Shown: piece by piece, positions 20,778 to 31,449 of the stretch
How positions within the stretch are numbered: position 1 is the stretch's first letter
Layout of the letters: the number at the start of each line of letters is the position of its first letter
Source: an uncultured Acidobacteriota bacterium
GTDB taxonomy: Bacteria; Acidobacteriota; Polarisedimenticolia; J045
NCBI GenBank assembly: GCA_963702425.1
Contig: CAVPCQ010000040.1
Location: 64,001-128,000, forward strand
Direction of reading: 5' to 3'
DNA length: 64,000 nt
Made by a program: the position numbers and the translations under genes
Notes under the pieces: model-generated
Databases searched by the model: none
The model's input: the letters and a program-made list of their open reading frames with translations, nothing else
Told to the model about the DNA's origin: nothing

Positions 20778-21400
20778 CTACGAACGCTGGGTGTACTCCT
20801 GCTCGATCGCGACCACCCGGCGCCGGAACCCCTGGAAGAGCCGCCAGGTCAGGAGGACGCCGACCACGATCAGCAGCACGGCGACGAGCGTCGCGACGAC
20901 CGCCAGCACCGAGCCGACCAGCGCCAGGAGGTCCTCGAGGATCGAGAGGAAAGGAGACGCGAGGCCGGCCGTGCTGATCGTCGAGGCCAGCCGGATTTTC
21001 GCCTTGGCCGCGTGAACCCCCGCCGCGACCGGGGAGCCGACGAGCAGTCCGACGATCGTCGCGCTCATCGGCGACAGGCTCTCGAGCGACACGGCCATCA
21101 CGAGCAGCCCGGCCAGCGGCCGGACGAAGGTCTGCATCAGGTCGAGCAGGTGATCGACGACCGGGATTTGTCCGCCAGCAGCTCGACGACGACCGCCGTC
21201 CCGAAGACGATCAGCGCAGGGGTCGACCCGATCCAGGCGAAGCCGGAGTTGGGCAGGAAGTGCTCGCCCAGCACGAACTGCGCGACCTCGAACCGCGCCG
21301 CCAGGCCGGCGATGAACAGCGGCACGAAGGCCCGCAGCCCCGCGCACGCGGCGAGCGCGATGCCGGCAAGGACCTGCAGCGGTAGGGCGAGCGACTCCAT
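20778..21400 (-). CDS. DUF4126 family membrane protein (frameshift near 21168)
   Basis: GIALAACAGLRAFVPL...VELLADK then IPVVDHLLD...RP.AG...LSILED. Confidence 0.85.
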
Positions 21401-21629
21401 CCGGGGCCTCCGGGAGACCCCTGATTATAGGTCGCCGGTCTCCCGGGCAGCCGCCACCGGGGGCCGAGGGGGGGCGCTCCCCCCCGGGGGGGAGGGGGGG
21501 CGCCCGGCGGGGCCTCCGGAACAAGCCCGAGAAGGGGACGGGTAAGGCGGCCTTCCGGTGTCAAGGTCCCCCCCGGGGGGCCGAAGAGAGTCCGGGGGAC
21601 GGGCTGCCCGTCCCGCGGAGTCGTTCCCG

Positions 21630-22406
21630 ATGAGCAAGTCCCTCGAGATCGGAACCGTGGCCGGCCTGGTGGTCGGCTGCCTGTCGATCTTCGGCTCGTT
21701 CCTGCTCGAAGGCGGGACGATGGACAAGCTGATCCTGATCCCCGCGATGATGATCGTCTTCGGCGGCACGGCGGCGACGGCGATGATCGGCGTCTCGCTC
21801 AAGCAGTTCCTGGCGATCCCCAAGTTCGCGATGATCGCCTTCTTCGCCCCCAAGGAAGACGTGCGCAAGCTGATCGACGAGATCGGCGAGATCGCCAAGC
21901 AGGTGCGGCGTCAGTCGCTGCTGGCGATGGAGAAGGAACTCCCCAAGATTCAGAACCCGTTCCTGAAGCGGCTGCTGGGCCTGGCGATCGACGGGATGGA
22001 CCCGGGCAGCCTGCGCACGGTCGCAGAATCGGAGATGAACTACGTCGCCGAGCGCCACAACGCCAACGCCAGCGTCTTCGCCAAGATGGGCGGCTACGCG
22101 CCGACGATGGGGATCATCGGGACGGTCATGGGGCTGATCGCCACGCTGTCGCACGCCGGCGGCGAGCCCACCGAGCTGATCAAGGGGATCGCGACCGCCT
22201 TCATCGCGACGCTGTGGGGCGTCTTCACCGCCAACATCATCTTCCTGCCGCTGTCCGACAAGCTGAAGAACATCCACGCCGAGGAGAGCATGGCGATGGA
22301 GGTGGTGCTCGAGGGGGTGCTCTCGATCCAGGCCGGCGAGGCGCCGGGGATCACGAAGGCCAAGCTGCAGTCGATGCTGCCGGGCGCGCAGCAGGAAGGC
22401 CGCTGA
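21630..22406 (+). CDS. motA: Flagellar stator-type MotA
   Basis: IVFGGT, GLAIDG, GGYAPTMGIIGTVMGLI, AFIATLWG, ANIIFLP motifs. Confidence 0.92.
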   Translation: MSKSLEIGTVAGLVVGCLSIFGSFLLEGGTMDKLILIPAMMIVFGGTAATAMIGVSLKQFLAIPKFAMIAFFAPKEDVRKLIDEIGEIAKQVRRQSLLAMEKELPKIQNPFLKRLLGLAIDGMDPGSLRTVAESEMNYVAERHNANASVFAKMGGYAPTMGIIGTVMGLIATLSHAGGEPTELIKGIATAFIATLWGVFTANIIFLPLSDKLKNIHAEESMAMEVVLEGVLSIQAGEAPGITKAKLQSMLPGAQQEGR

Positions 22407-22409
22407 TCC

Positions 22410-23090
22410 ATGGGCCGGAAGAAGCGCCACGAGGGCGAGCACGACAGCTCCGAGCGCTGGCTGCTGACCTACGCCGACCTGATCACGCTGCTGCTGGGCC
22501 TGTTCGTCATCCTCTACGCCGGCTCGCAGGTCGACGCGAAGAAGTTCGAGGAGGTGATGTCGGCCTTCTCACAGATCTTCGGCGGCGGTGCCGGGATCCT
22601 CGACGGCCAGGCCGGTGCGCTCTCCGCCCCGGTCCTGCCGAAGGAGCAGGAAGAGAAGCTGCGCGAGATGGTCAAGGAGTCGCTGGGGGACGCGCTGGAA
22701 AACGCGCAGATCGCCCTCTCCGAGTCCGAGCGCGGCGTGACCGTCTCGGTCGCCGACGTGCTGCTCTTCGACCCGGCTCAGGCGGCGCTCCGGCCGGAGG
22801 CGCTGCCGGTGCTGGAGAAGATCGCGCGCACGGTGTCGTCGGTCCCCAACGAGATCCGCGTCGAGGGGCACACCGACAACGCGCCGATCCGGACCGGCGA
22901 CTACCCCTCCAACTGGCACCTCTCGGTCGCCCGCTCGCTGAACGTCGCCTACTACCTGCTGGAGCACGGCGCGATCGACCCGTCGCGGATGGCGATCACC
23001 GGCTTCGGCGAGTTCCGGCCGGTCGCGCCCAACGAGACGCCGGAGGGACGCGCGCGCAACCGCCGCGTGGACATCGTCCTCGTCAAGTGA
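22410..23090 (+). CDS. motB: Flagellar stator-type MotB (OmpA-like peptidoglycan-binding domain)
   Basis: WLLTYADLITLLL with the conserved Asp; VEGHTD, NWHLS..R, NRRVDI. Confidence 0.93.
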   Translation: MGRKKRHEGEHDSSERWLLTYADLITLLLGLFVILYAGSQVDAKKFEEVMSAFSQIFGGGAGILDGQAGALSAPVLPKEQEEKLREMVKESLGDALENAQIALSESERGVTVSVADVLLFDPAQAALRPEALPVLEKIARTVSSVPNEIRVEGHTDNAPIRTGDYPSNWHLSVARSLNVAYYLLEHGAIDPSRMAITGFGEFRPVAPNETPEGRARNRRVDIVLVK

Positions 23091-23205
23091 CGTAGGGGCC
23101 GGCCTCCGTGCCGGCCCGCAGCGCCCTCCGCCGCTTGAAACACCCAGTTACTTCGACGCCCCCCGCCGTCCGGCGTACCTTCCAGCAGCGCGTGGGGGTG
23201 GTTCG

Positions 23206-26200
23206 ATGCTTCATCCGGAGCTTCGTCTTGCACGGCGGGCGGCGGCCGCGACGGCGCTGCTCTGCGCGTGCCTCGCCGCGACGGCGCAGGACTTCGTACC
23301 CTCGCCGAACGGCCACCGCGCGTCGAACGCCGAGCAGCCGATGACGATCGAGGCCGTCGACGCGGGGGTCCGCGTCGCGGCGCTCGACCCCGTGCGCCCC
23401 GGGCTCGACGCCACGCTTTCCCTGGTCGCGGCGGGACCTGCGGACGCGGTCGTCCCGGTTCGCCGGACCTCGCCGCGCGTCACCGGATCGCGCGCGGAGT
23501 TCTCGCGCGGCGGCTTCGTCGAGTGGTACGTCAACACCCCGCGGGGCCTCGAGCTGGGCCTGACCGTCGACGGGCCGCTTCCGGGACCGCTCGTGTTCGA
23601 GTACGCCACGGGCGGCGCGCTGGCGCCGAAGCTCGCCGAGGACGGGCGCTCGTTCGAGTACCGGCTGGACGACAGCGCGCCGGTCTTCGTCTACGGCCAG
23701 CTCAACGCGCACGACGACGCGGGGCGCGAGATCCCGGCGTCGTGGGAGCCGATCCTCGACGCGACGGGAGCAGTCGCCGGCCTGCGGCTGACGCTGGGGA
23801 TCGACGGTCACGCTCCCCCGTATCACGTCGCCGGGCTGATCACCCGCGGCGACCTGGAGTCGAGGAGCGAGCCGAAGGGTGAGCCGAAGCCGGTCCCGTC
23901 GCCCGCGGCCCCGGACGCCGCGCCCGGGACGGACGCCCCACCGACCAACGACCTCTGCGCCGGCGCCGAGAACGTCCCGACCGCCGGCCCCTTCCCCTAC
24001 CTCACCGGGATCTACGACATCACCGACGCGACGAGCACCGGCGATCCGCCGCTGCCGAGCTGCCAGGCGAGCGTCGTGCGCAGCGTCTGGTTCACCTTTA
24101 CGCCGGGGACGAGCGGCCCGCACACGCTGTCCCTGTGCGCCGACGGGCCGACGGCAACGACCGTCGACGACACCATCCTGGCGGTCTACACCTCGTCCAA
24201 CGGCGGCTGCACTGGCACCTTCACGCAGGTCGCGGGCGGCTGCGACGACGACGGCTGCACCGTGGAAGCCGTGCAGTCGGCGATTGCCAACCTGGCCCTG
24301 ACCGCGGGCACGAAGTACTTCGTCGTGGCCTACACCTACTCCGGGCTCCTGCCGATCCCGGGCAGCACCGACATCCAGCTGCGCGTCACCGCCCCGGCGG
24401 CCGCGCCGCCCAACGACCAGTGCGCGGGGGCCGAGGCGATCCCGGCCGGGTCCTACCCGGTCAGCGGCTCGCTCGCGCCGGACATCACCAACGCCACCTC
24501 GACCGGCGATCCGGGTGCGCCGTCGTGCCAGGCGATCGTCTCGCGCAGCGTCTGGTACACCTTCACGCCGGATCAGACAGCGGCCTACGAGATCTCGACC
24601 TGCGCCGGCGCGCCGACCGGCACGACCGTCGACGACACGGTGCTCGCCCTCTACACCTCGTCGAACGGGACCTGCAGCGGGACCTTCACGCCGGTCGGCA
24701 GCGCCTGCGACGACAACGGCTGCGACAACGAGGTCAGCCAGGCCGTCCTCCCGTCGATCGGCCTGACCGCGGGAACGAAGTACTACCTCCTCATCCATCA
24801 GTCCGGGACGACGGCCCCGACCGCCGGCAACACCGCCGTCCAGGTGCGGATCGCGAGGAATGCGCCGCCGCCCGGCAACGACCAGTGCCCCGGGGCCGAG
24901 GTGATCCCCGCCGGCCCCTATCCGGCCCTGAGCTCGGTCACGGCCGACATCACGGCCGCGACCACGACCGGCGACCCCCCGACGCCGTCCTGCCAGGCCA
25001 ATGTCTCCCGCAGCCTCTGGTACCGTTTCACGCCGGCGGAGAGCGGCAGCTACGAGGTCTCGACCTGCGCCGACTCGCCGACCGGAACCACGGTCGACGA
25101 CACCGTGCTCGCGGTCTACACCTCGTCGAACGGCAACTGCGGCGGGGCGCTCACGCAGGTCTCCGGGGCCTGCGACGACAACGCGTGCGTCAGCGAGACC
25201 AGCCAGGCGCTGATTAGTGTGGTCAGCCTGAGCGCGGGAACCCCGTACTACATCCTGGTCCACAAGTTCGGCACGACGCCTCCGACGGCCGGAAACACGG
25301 CGGTCCAGGTCCTGGTGAACCGCAACCCAACGCCACCGGCGAACGACCTCTGCTCCGGGGCGGAGGTCGTCCCGCCGGCCGGGCCCTTCCCCTACCTCAC
25401 CTCGCTCGACCCGAACATCACGTACGCCACCGACGCGGGCGACCCGCCGTCCAAGCCCTCGTGCCAGCCCAACGTCTCGCGCGGCACGTGGTACGCCTTC
25501 ACGCCGTCGGTGACCGGGAGCTACAACCTCTCGCTCTGCGCCGACGCCCCGACCGGGACGACCGTCGACGACACGGTCCTCGCGGTCTACACCTCGTCGA
25601 ACGGAACCTGCGCGGGGACGTTCACCCAGGTCGGCGGCGCGTGCGACGACGATTCCTGCACGAACGAGGGGAGCCAGTCGGTCCTGAACGGCCTGAACCT
25701 GGCGGCGGGGACGACCTACTACATCCTCGCCTACAAGTACAGCAACGTCGCGCCGACGGCGGGGAATACCGCGGTCCAGCTGCGCGTCGACTACAACGCG
25801 CCGCCGGCGAACGACACCTGCGGGGCGGCCACGCCGCTCGCGCTCGACACGCCGCTCGCCGGGAAGAACCAGTTCGGCGCGAACAACACCGAGCTTCCGG
25901 CCGGCAGCCCGTGCTTCACGGGCCTCGGCCAGACGGCTTCGACGGCGATCGGCCGCGACGTCGTCTACTCGTTCACCGCCCCTTCGGCCGGCCTCTACTC
26001 GTTCCGCATCACGGGGTTCTCGACCTCCCTCAACCCGGTGCTCTACCTGGCCGGCGACTGCCCGGCGGCCGCCCCGCCGGCGAACGTCACGGGGTGCCTC
26101 GAGGCGGCCAACCGCAACACCGGCAACGGCGCCGAGGAGACGGACTGCGTCGCGCTCTCCTCCGGGCAGGCGGTCTACCTCTATGTCGACGAGAACACCT

Positions 26201-27815
26201 TCAGCAGCGGGAGCCCCTTCACGGTCGAGGTCAACCGCTGCACCCGCGAGACGGAGCCGAACGGGACCCCCGCCACCGCCAACGAACCGGCGTGCGGCAT
26301 CGAGGGCTCGATCGGCACCGCTTCCGAGGCCGACTTCTTCCGGCTCGGCGTGCCGGCCGCCAGCGCGCGCGTCTTCGCCCTCGCCGACGGCGTGGCCGCG
26401 AACTCGACCGACTTCGACCTGCGCGTGACCACATCGACCGACACGCTCGAGTACGACGACCAGAACAACGACGCGCCCTTCGGCGCGCTGGCCCCGAACG
26501 TCGCCGGGACGATCGCGCCGGCAGCGGCGGCGTACGTCCGGGTCTCCCCCTTCAGCGTCTCGGCCGTCAGCGAGCCGTACCGGCTGTACGCGGTGATCCA
26601 GCCGCCGTCGTCCGGCGCAACGCCGGAGATCGAGCCGAACGATGCGGTCGCACAGGCGACGGCCGGCGCCAACGAGTACTTCTCCGGCGCGCTGGCGTCG
26701 ACCGCCGACGTCGACCTCTTCGCCCTGACGGCGAGTGCCGGCGAGCTGCTCGTGGTCGGGCTCGACCCCGACCCCACGCGCAACAACACCCCCTTCAACC
26801 CGACCCTCGCGCTGCTCGACCCGGCCGGCGTGACGCTGCGCTCGGTCAACGACACCGGCTCGCTCTCGACCACCGCCTCCGGCGCCGGGAACCTCGAGTC
26901 GACCACGCCGAACTCGCCGGCGGAAGGGCTCATCTGGCGGGTGCGCGCGAGCGGCACGCACTACGTGCGCGTCGGCTGGTCGAGTGGGCCGGCCGGCGAC
27001 TACCTGGTCTCGATCGCCCACGACTGCCGGGTCAAGCCGGCAACCGACCTCGCCGTGACGCAGGTGGACGCGCCGGACCCGGTCGCCCCGGGCGCGAACG
27101 TCACCTACACCGTGACGGTGTCGAACGCCGGCGCCCACCCGGCATCCGTCGTCACGCTGCGCGACGACCTGTCGGCCAACGCGACGCTCGTCTCGGCGAC
27201 GCCGAGCCAGGGCTCGTGCGGCGCCACCGTGCCCGTGACCTGCGACCTCGGGACGATCGGAAGCGGCGGCGCGGCGACGGTGACGGTCGTCGCCGGTGCG
27301 CCGGGCACGGCCCCCGCTACGATCACGAACACCGCGCGCGTCACGAGCGCCACGCTCGACGTCGTCCCGGGCAACGACGCGTCGACGGCGACGACTGCGG
27401 TCGCCGGCGGCCCCGACGGCGACGGCGACGGCGTGCCGGACGCCGGCGACTGCGCGCCCGCCGACAACACCGCGTGGGCTCTCCCCTCGCCCGCGCTCGA
27501 CCTCGTCTTCCCGAGCGTCCTCGACCGCACGCTGCTCGGCTGGTCCCCGCCCGCCGCCCCCGGCGGGACGGCGGTACGCTACGACCTCCTGCGCAGCCCC
27601 GCGGCGAACAACTTCTCGACGCCGTTCTGTCTCGCGAAGAACGGGACCGCGCTGACGGGTTCTGTGTCGCGAAGAACGTGAGCGCGCTGACCGCGCACGA
27701 CGGCGCGATCCCGGCCGCCGCGTTCTTCTACGTCGCGCGCAGCCGGAACGCCTGCGGCGCCAACGCCGGGACCGACTCCGCCGGGACGCCGCGCATCGCG
27801 GGGGCCTGCCCGTAG
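23206..27815 (+). CDS. Large secreted Cys-rich repeat protein (4-5 PPNDxC repeats, PPC-like domains, DUF11, TSP3-like motif, C-terminal domain); frameshift near 27660
   Basis: Four near-identical units of about 155 aa (PxNDxC...WYxFTP...TTVDDTVLAVYTSSNG.C...CDD); DLAVTQVDAPDPVAPG DUF11; DGDGDGVPDAGDC. The true C-terminus FFYVARSRNACG...GACP is in ORF ..27815. Confidence 0.82.
27624..27691 (+). repeat. 35-bp imperfect tandem duplication causing the frameshift in the secreted protein
   Basis: gttctgtctcgcgaagaacgggaccgcgctgac versus gttctgtgtcgcgaagaacgtgagcgcgctgac, period 35. Confidence 0.85.
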
Positions 27816-27906
27816 GCGGCACCGGCCGACGGGCGCGACACCCCGTAGCCTTCGCCGCGTCGCGGCATCACACTGTCCCACCCGCCCGGATCGTCCATCG
27901 AGGCCC

Positions 27907-30286
27907 GTGTTCCACCGTCGCCGCTGCCGCCGGCTTACGCCTCGCGAGACGGTCGTTTTCTCCGTCCTCGCCGCGCTGGCCCTGTCCGCCCACCCGGCGA
28001 TTGCGATCTCCGGCCCCGAGTTCGGCGCCGTGCCGCGCGCGGAGGGCCCGGTGAAGATCGACGGCGTCCTCGACGAAGCCGCGTGGCAGCAGGCGCTCGC
28101 GATCCCGCTCCCGTACGAGGTCTACCCCGGCGACAACTCGCCGGCCCCGGTCTCGACGACCGCGCTCCTGCTCTTCGACGACGCCAACCTCTACGTCGGC
28201 TTCCGCGCCGAGGACCCCGCCCCCGGACCGGATCCGCGCGCACTACACCGACCGCGACACCGCCTACCGCAACGACCTCGTCGGCGTGCTGCTCGACCCG
28301 TTCGACGACCAGCGCCACGGCTACCTGTTCGCGGCCAACCCCTACGGGGTGCAGATGGACTCGCGCGCCCAGCAGGACGGCGAGGGGCGGGGGTTCAACG
28401 TCGCCGGGCGCTCCGGCCGAGGACGGCAGCTGGGACGAGCTCTGGGAGTCCGCCGGGCGGGTCGGTCCCGAAGGCTTCACGGTCGAGCTCGCGATCCCCT
28501 TCAGGTCGCTGCGCTACCCGCGCGGCGGCGGCCCCCAGTCCTGGGGGTTCGTCGCCTTCCGGCAGCGGCCGCGCACCGAGCGCGTCCGGACCCAGTCCTC
28601 TCCCGTCGACCGCGACGACAACTGCTGGTTCTGCCAGCTCGGACGGATCGCGCTGCCCGAGGCGCCGCGGCCGGGCCCGGCGATCGAGCTGCTTCCGACC
28701 CTGACCTGGCTGCGCAGCGAGGCCCGCGCCGACGGCCCGTCCGGCCTGCCGGCGTCCGAGCGCGACCTCGAGGTTCGAGCAGAACGAGGTCGACGCCGGG
28801 CTCTCGGCGCGCTGGGGCTTCACCCCCAACTCGAGCCTCAATCTCGCGCTCAACCCCGACTTCTCGCAGATCGAGGCCGACGCGCTCCAGCTCGACGTCA
28901 ACAACCGCTTCGCGCTCTTCTACCCCGAAAAGCGCCCGCTCTTCCTCGAGGGGGCCGACCTGTTCGCCACGCCGATCGGCGTGGTCTACACCCGCACGAT
29001 CGTCGACCCTTCCGCCGTCGCCAAGATCACGATGCGCGAGGGGCGCAACAGCCTCGGCGCCTTCGTGGCCCGGGACGAGCCGACCGCCTTCGTGCTCCCC
29101 TTCCCCGACGGTTCGTTCGGCACCGGTTTCCCGGGCGCGAACACGACCGGCGTGCTGCGCTACCGCCGCGACATCGGCAGCGGCTCTTCGCTCGGGGCGA
29201 TCGCCACCCTGCGCGACGGGGAAGCCGACGCCGACCTCGATCCGGACGACACCGCGGAGCCGGTCGATCGCGGCTACCGGAACTTCGCCGGCGGCCTGGA
29301 CGGCGTCCTCCGCCTCTCCCCTGCCGACGTGGTGACCGCGCAGTGGCTGACCACCTCGACCGACTATCCGGACGCCTTCGCCCGCGCGTTCGAGCAGCCG
29401 ATCGGACGTTCTCGGGTACCGGCTGGACCGCGGACTACGCCCACGAGGCCCGCTTCTGGAGCTGGTACGCCGGGGCCGGCACGCGCTCCCCCGGCTTCCG
29501 CGCCGACGCCGGCTTCATCCCGCGGATCGATCTCCGCTCGGCCTACCTCTCCGGCGGGCGCAGCTTCTACGCCGCACCCGGGTCGTGGTGGACGCGTCTG
29601 CGGATCTTCGCCGAGTGGGAGCGCGCCGAGAACACCGCCGGCGAGTTGCTCGAGGACGAGTGGGCGGTCGAGCTGAACTACAGCGGCCCCTACCAGTCGT
29701 CGGCCAGCTCCGACCGATGCGGGTCCGCGAGTCGTTCCGGGGGACGGTCTACGACCAGCGCGGGATCCGGTTCTTCGGCAACGTGCGGCCGACGGGAGAC
29801 TTCACGACCTCGCTCTCCGCCTTCTACGGCGACGGCATCGACTACGTGAACAACCGTCCCGGGCGGCAGCTCGTGATCGAGCCGGGCCTGACCTGGAACG
29901 CCGGCCGGCACTTCTACCTGCAGCTGGACGACGAGTACGAGCGCTTCGACGAGGCCGGCGGCCGCCTCTACACCGCGAACCAGGCCAACGCCCGCCTGAT
30001 CTACCAGTTCGACGTGCGGACCTTCGTCCGGCTGGTCGTCCAGTGGACCGCCATCGACCGCAACCTCGACCTGTACGGCGCGGGCGCCGGCGGCGGCGAG
30101 GACGACGGCCTCCCCCTCGCCCGCGAGCGCCGGCTCCTGGGCCAGTTCCTCTTCGCCTACAAGCTCGGCCCCCAGACCGTCTTCTTCGCCGGCTTCGACG
30201 AGCGGTCTTTCGAGTCGGAGGCCGTCCCGCTCCACCTCACCGACCGGACCGTTTTCCTGAAGATCGGGTACGACTGGCGGCCCTGA
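27907..30286 (+). CDS. CBM9-like/DUF5916 outer-membrane beta-barrel protein (several frameshifts)
   Basis: KIDGVLDE..W, LLFDDANLYVGF, LDPFDD..GYLF.ANPYGVQ.D, ELAIPFRSLRY, NPDFSQIEAD, FYPEKRPLFLEG, and C-terminal FLKIGYDW, distributed over several frames. Confidence 0.8.
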
Positions 30287-30294
30287 GGCCGGCA

Positions 30295-30360
30295 CCGGCA
30301 AGGCGAATACAAGGCGAATATATTGCCGGAAGATACTAACTAACAATGCCGCTTGCCTAG
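30295..30360 (+). promoter_or_regulatory. AT-rich regulatory region of the redox operon, with tandem 11-bp repeat CAAGGCGAATA x2 inside a CCGGCAA/TTGCCGG dyad
   Basis: Repeats at 30299-30309 and 30310-30320; dyad arms at 30295-30301 and 30323-30329; local drop in GC. Confidence 0.5.
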
Positions 30361-30561
30361 CTCTTTCCCGGCGCGTAAGGTTGGATCGAGCCGGGGCATT
30401 CAGGGATAGCTCCCGCCCCCCACGGCGTCGGGTCTGCCCGTTTCGGAGTGCGGCCGAGTATCGCCGCCGCCGGGCGTGTTTTCTCGGCGCGCTGCCGGCG
30501 GCGGCTCCGGTCGAACCACCCCCTCGCGCCGGGGACGCCGCGCGCACCCGGGAGGCCCGTG

Positions 30562-30963
30562 ATGAGCCAGCACCTCTTGATTCTCGAGATGGAGTGCCCC
30601 GCCTGCCGGGCGATCCTGACGGAGGGGGCGACGGTCCACCTCGACGCCCATGTCGACGAGCAGAACCAGGACGGCGCCGTCTTCCTGAGCGCGGTCTTCG
30701 GCGACCACGGCATCACGACCGACCTGGCGATCCGAGAGGGGGCGACGGTCGAGTTCCGGTGCCCGCACTGCGACGCGTCGCTGATGCTGCGCCACCCCTG
30801 CACGCTCTGCGGCGCGCCGATGGCGTCGATCAACATCACGAGCGGCGGCTACCTCGAGTTCTGCTCGCGACGTGGCTGCCGCGGGCACGCACTCGGCGGC
30901 TTCGGCGACGTCGACCAGATGATGTCGCTCGTCAATCGCATGCTCAAGACACCGCACGACTGA
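30562..30963 (+). CDS. Small double Zn-ribbon/Fe-S-like protein heading the operon
   Basis: CPAC, CPHC, CTLC, CSRRGC; GGAGG RBS upstream. Confidence 0.8.
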   Translation: MSQHLLILEMECPACRAILTEGATVHLDAHVDEQNQDGAVFLSAVFGDHGITTDLAIREGATVEFRCPHCDASLMLRHPCTLCGAPMASINITSGGYLEFCSRRGCRGHALGGFGDVDQMMSLVNRMLKTPHD

Positions 30964-30978
30964 GCGGAGACCGCAGCG

Positions 30979-31449
30979 ATGTCCTCGCACCGGAAGTACG
31001 ACTTCAAGAACCAGAGCTTCGCCGGCGAGCAGGGCCGGCTGATCCCGCTGCTCCAGCAGGCGCAGGAGCAGGAGGGCTACCTCAGCCGCGACGGCCTGCT
31101 GCGGATCCAGCGCGAGTCCGGGATCCCGCTGTCGCAGATCTACGGCGTCGCCACCTTCTACGCCCAGTTCCGGCTCAAGCCGGTCGGCAAGCACCTGGTG
31201 CGCGTCTGCCACGGCACCGCCTGCCACGTCAGCGGCGCAATCGAGGTGACGCAGGCGATCGGCAAGCACCTCGGGATCGCCAACGGCGAGACGACGCCCG
31301 ACCGGAAGTTCACGCTGGAGACCGTGTCCTGCCTGGGCTGCTGCAGCCTGGCGCCGGCTCTGATGATCGGCAGCACCACCTACGGGAACCTCAGCCCGTC
31401 CTCGGTGGTCAAGCTGGTGAAGAAGTTCCAGAAGGAGGACCACTCGTGA
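30979..31449 (+). CDS. NuoE/HydC-like [2Fe-2S] subunit (StnA-like)
   Basis: YGVATFYAQF, VCHGTACH, CLGCC motifs. Confidence 0.95.
   Translation: MSSHRKYDFKNQSFAGEQGRLIPLLQQAQEQEGYLSRDGLLRIQRESGIPLSQIYGVATFYAQFRLKPVGKHLVRVCHGTACHVSGAIEVTQAIGKHLGIANGETTPDRKFTLETVSCLGCCSLAPALMIGSTTYGNLSPSSVVKLVKKFQKEDHS

Noticed and set aside
21630-23090. Zorya ZorAB defence system
   Set aside because: MotA lacks the long cytoplasmic tail and no zorC, zorD or zorE is adjacent.
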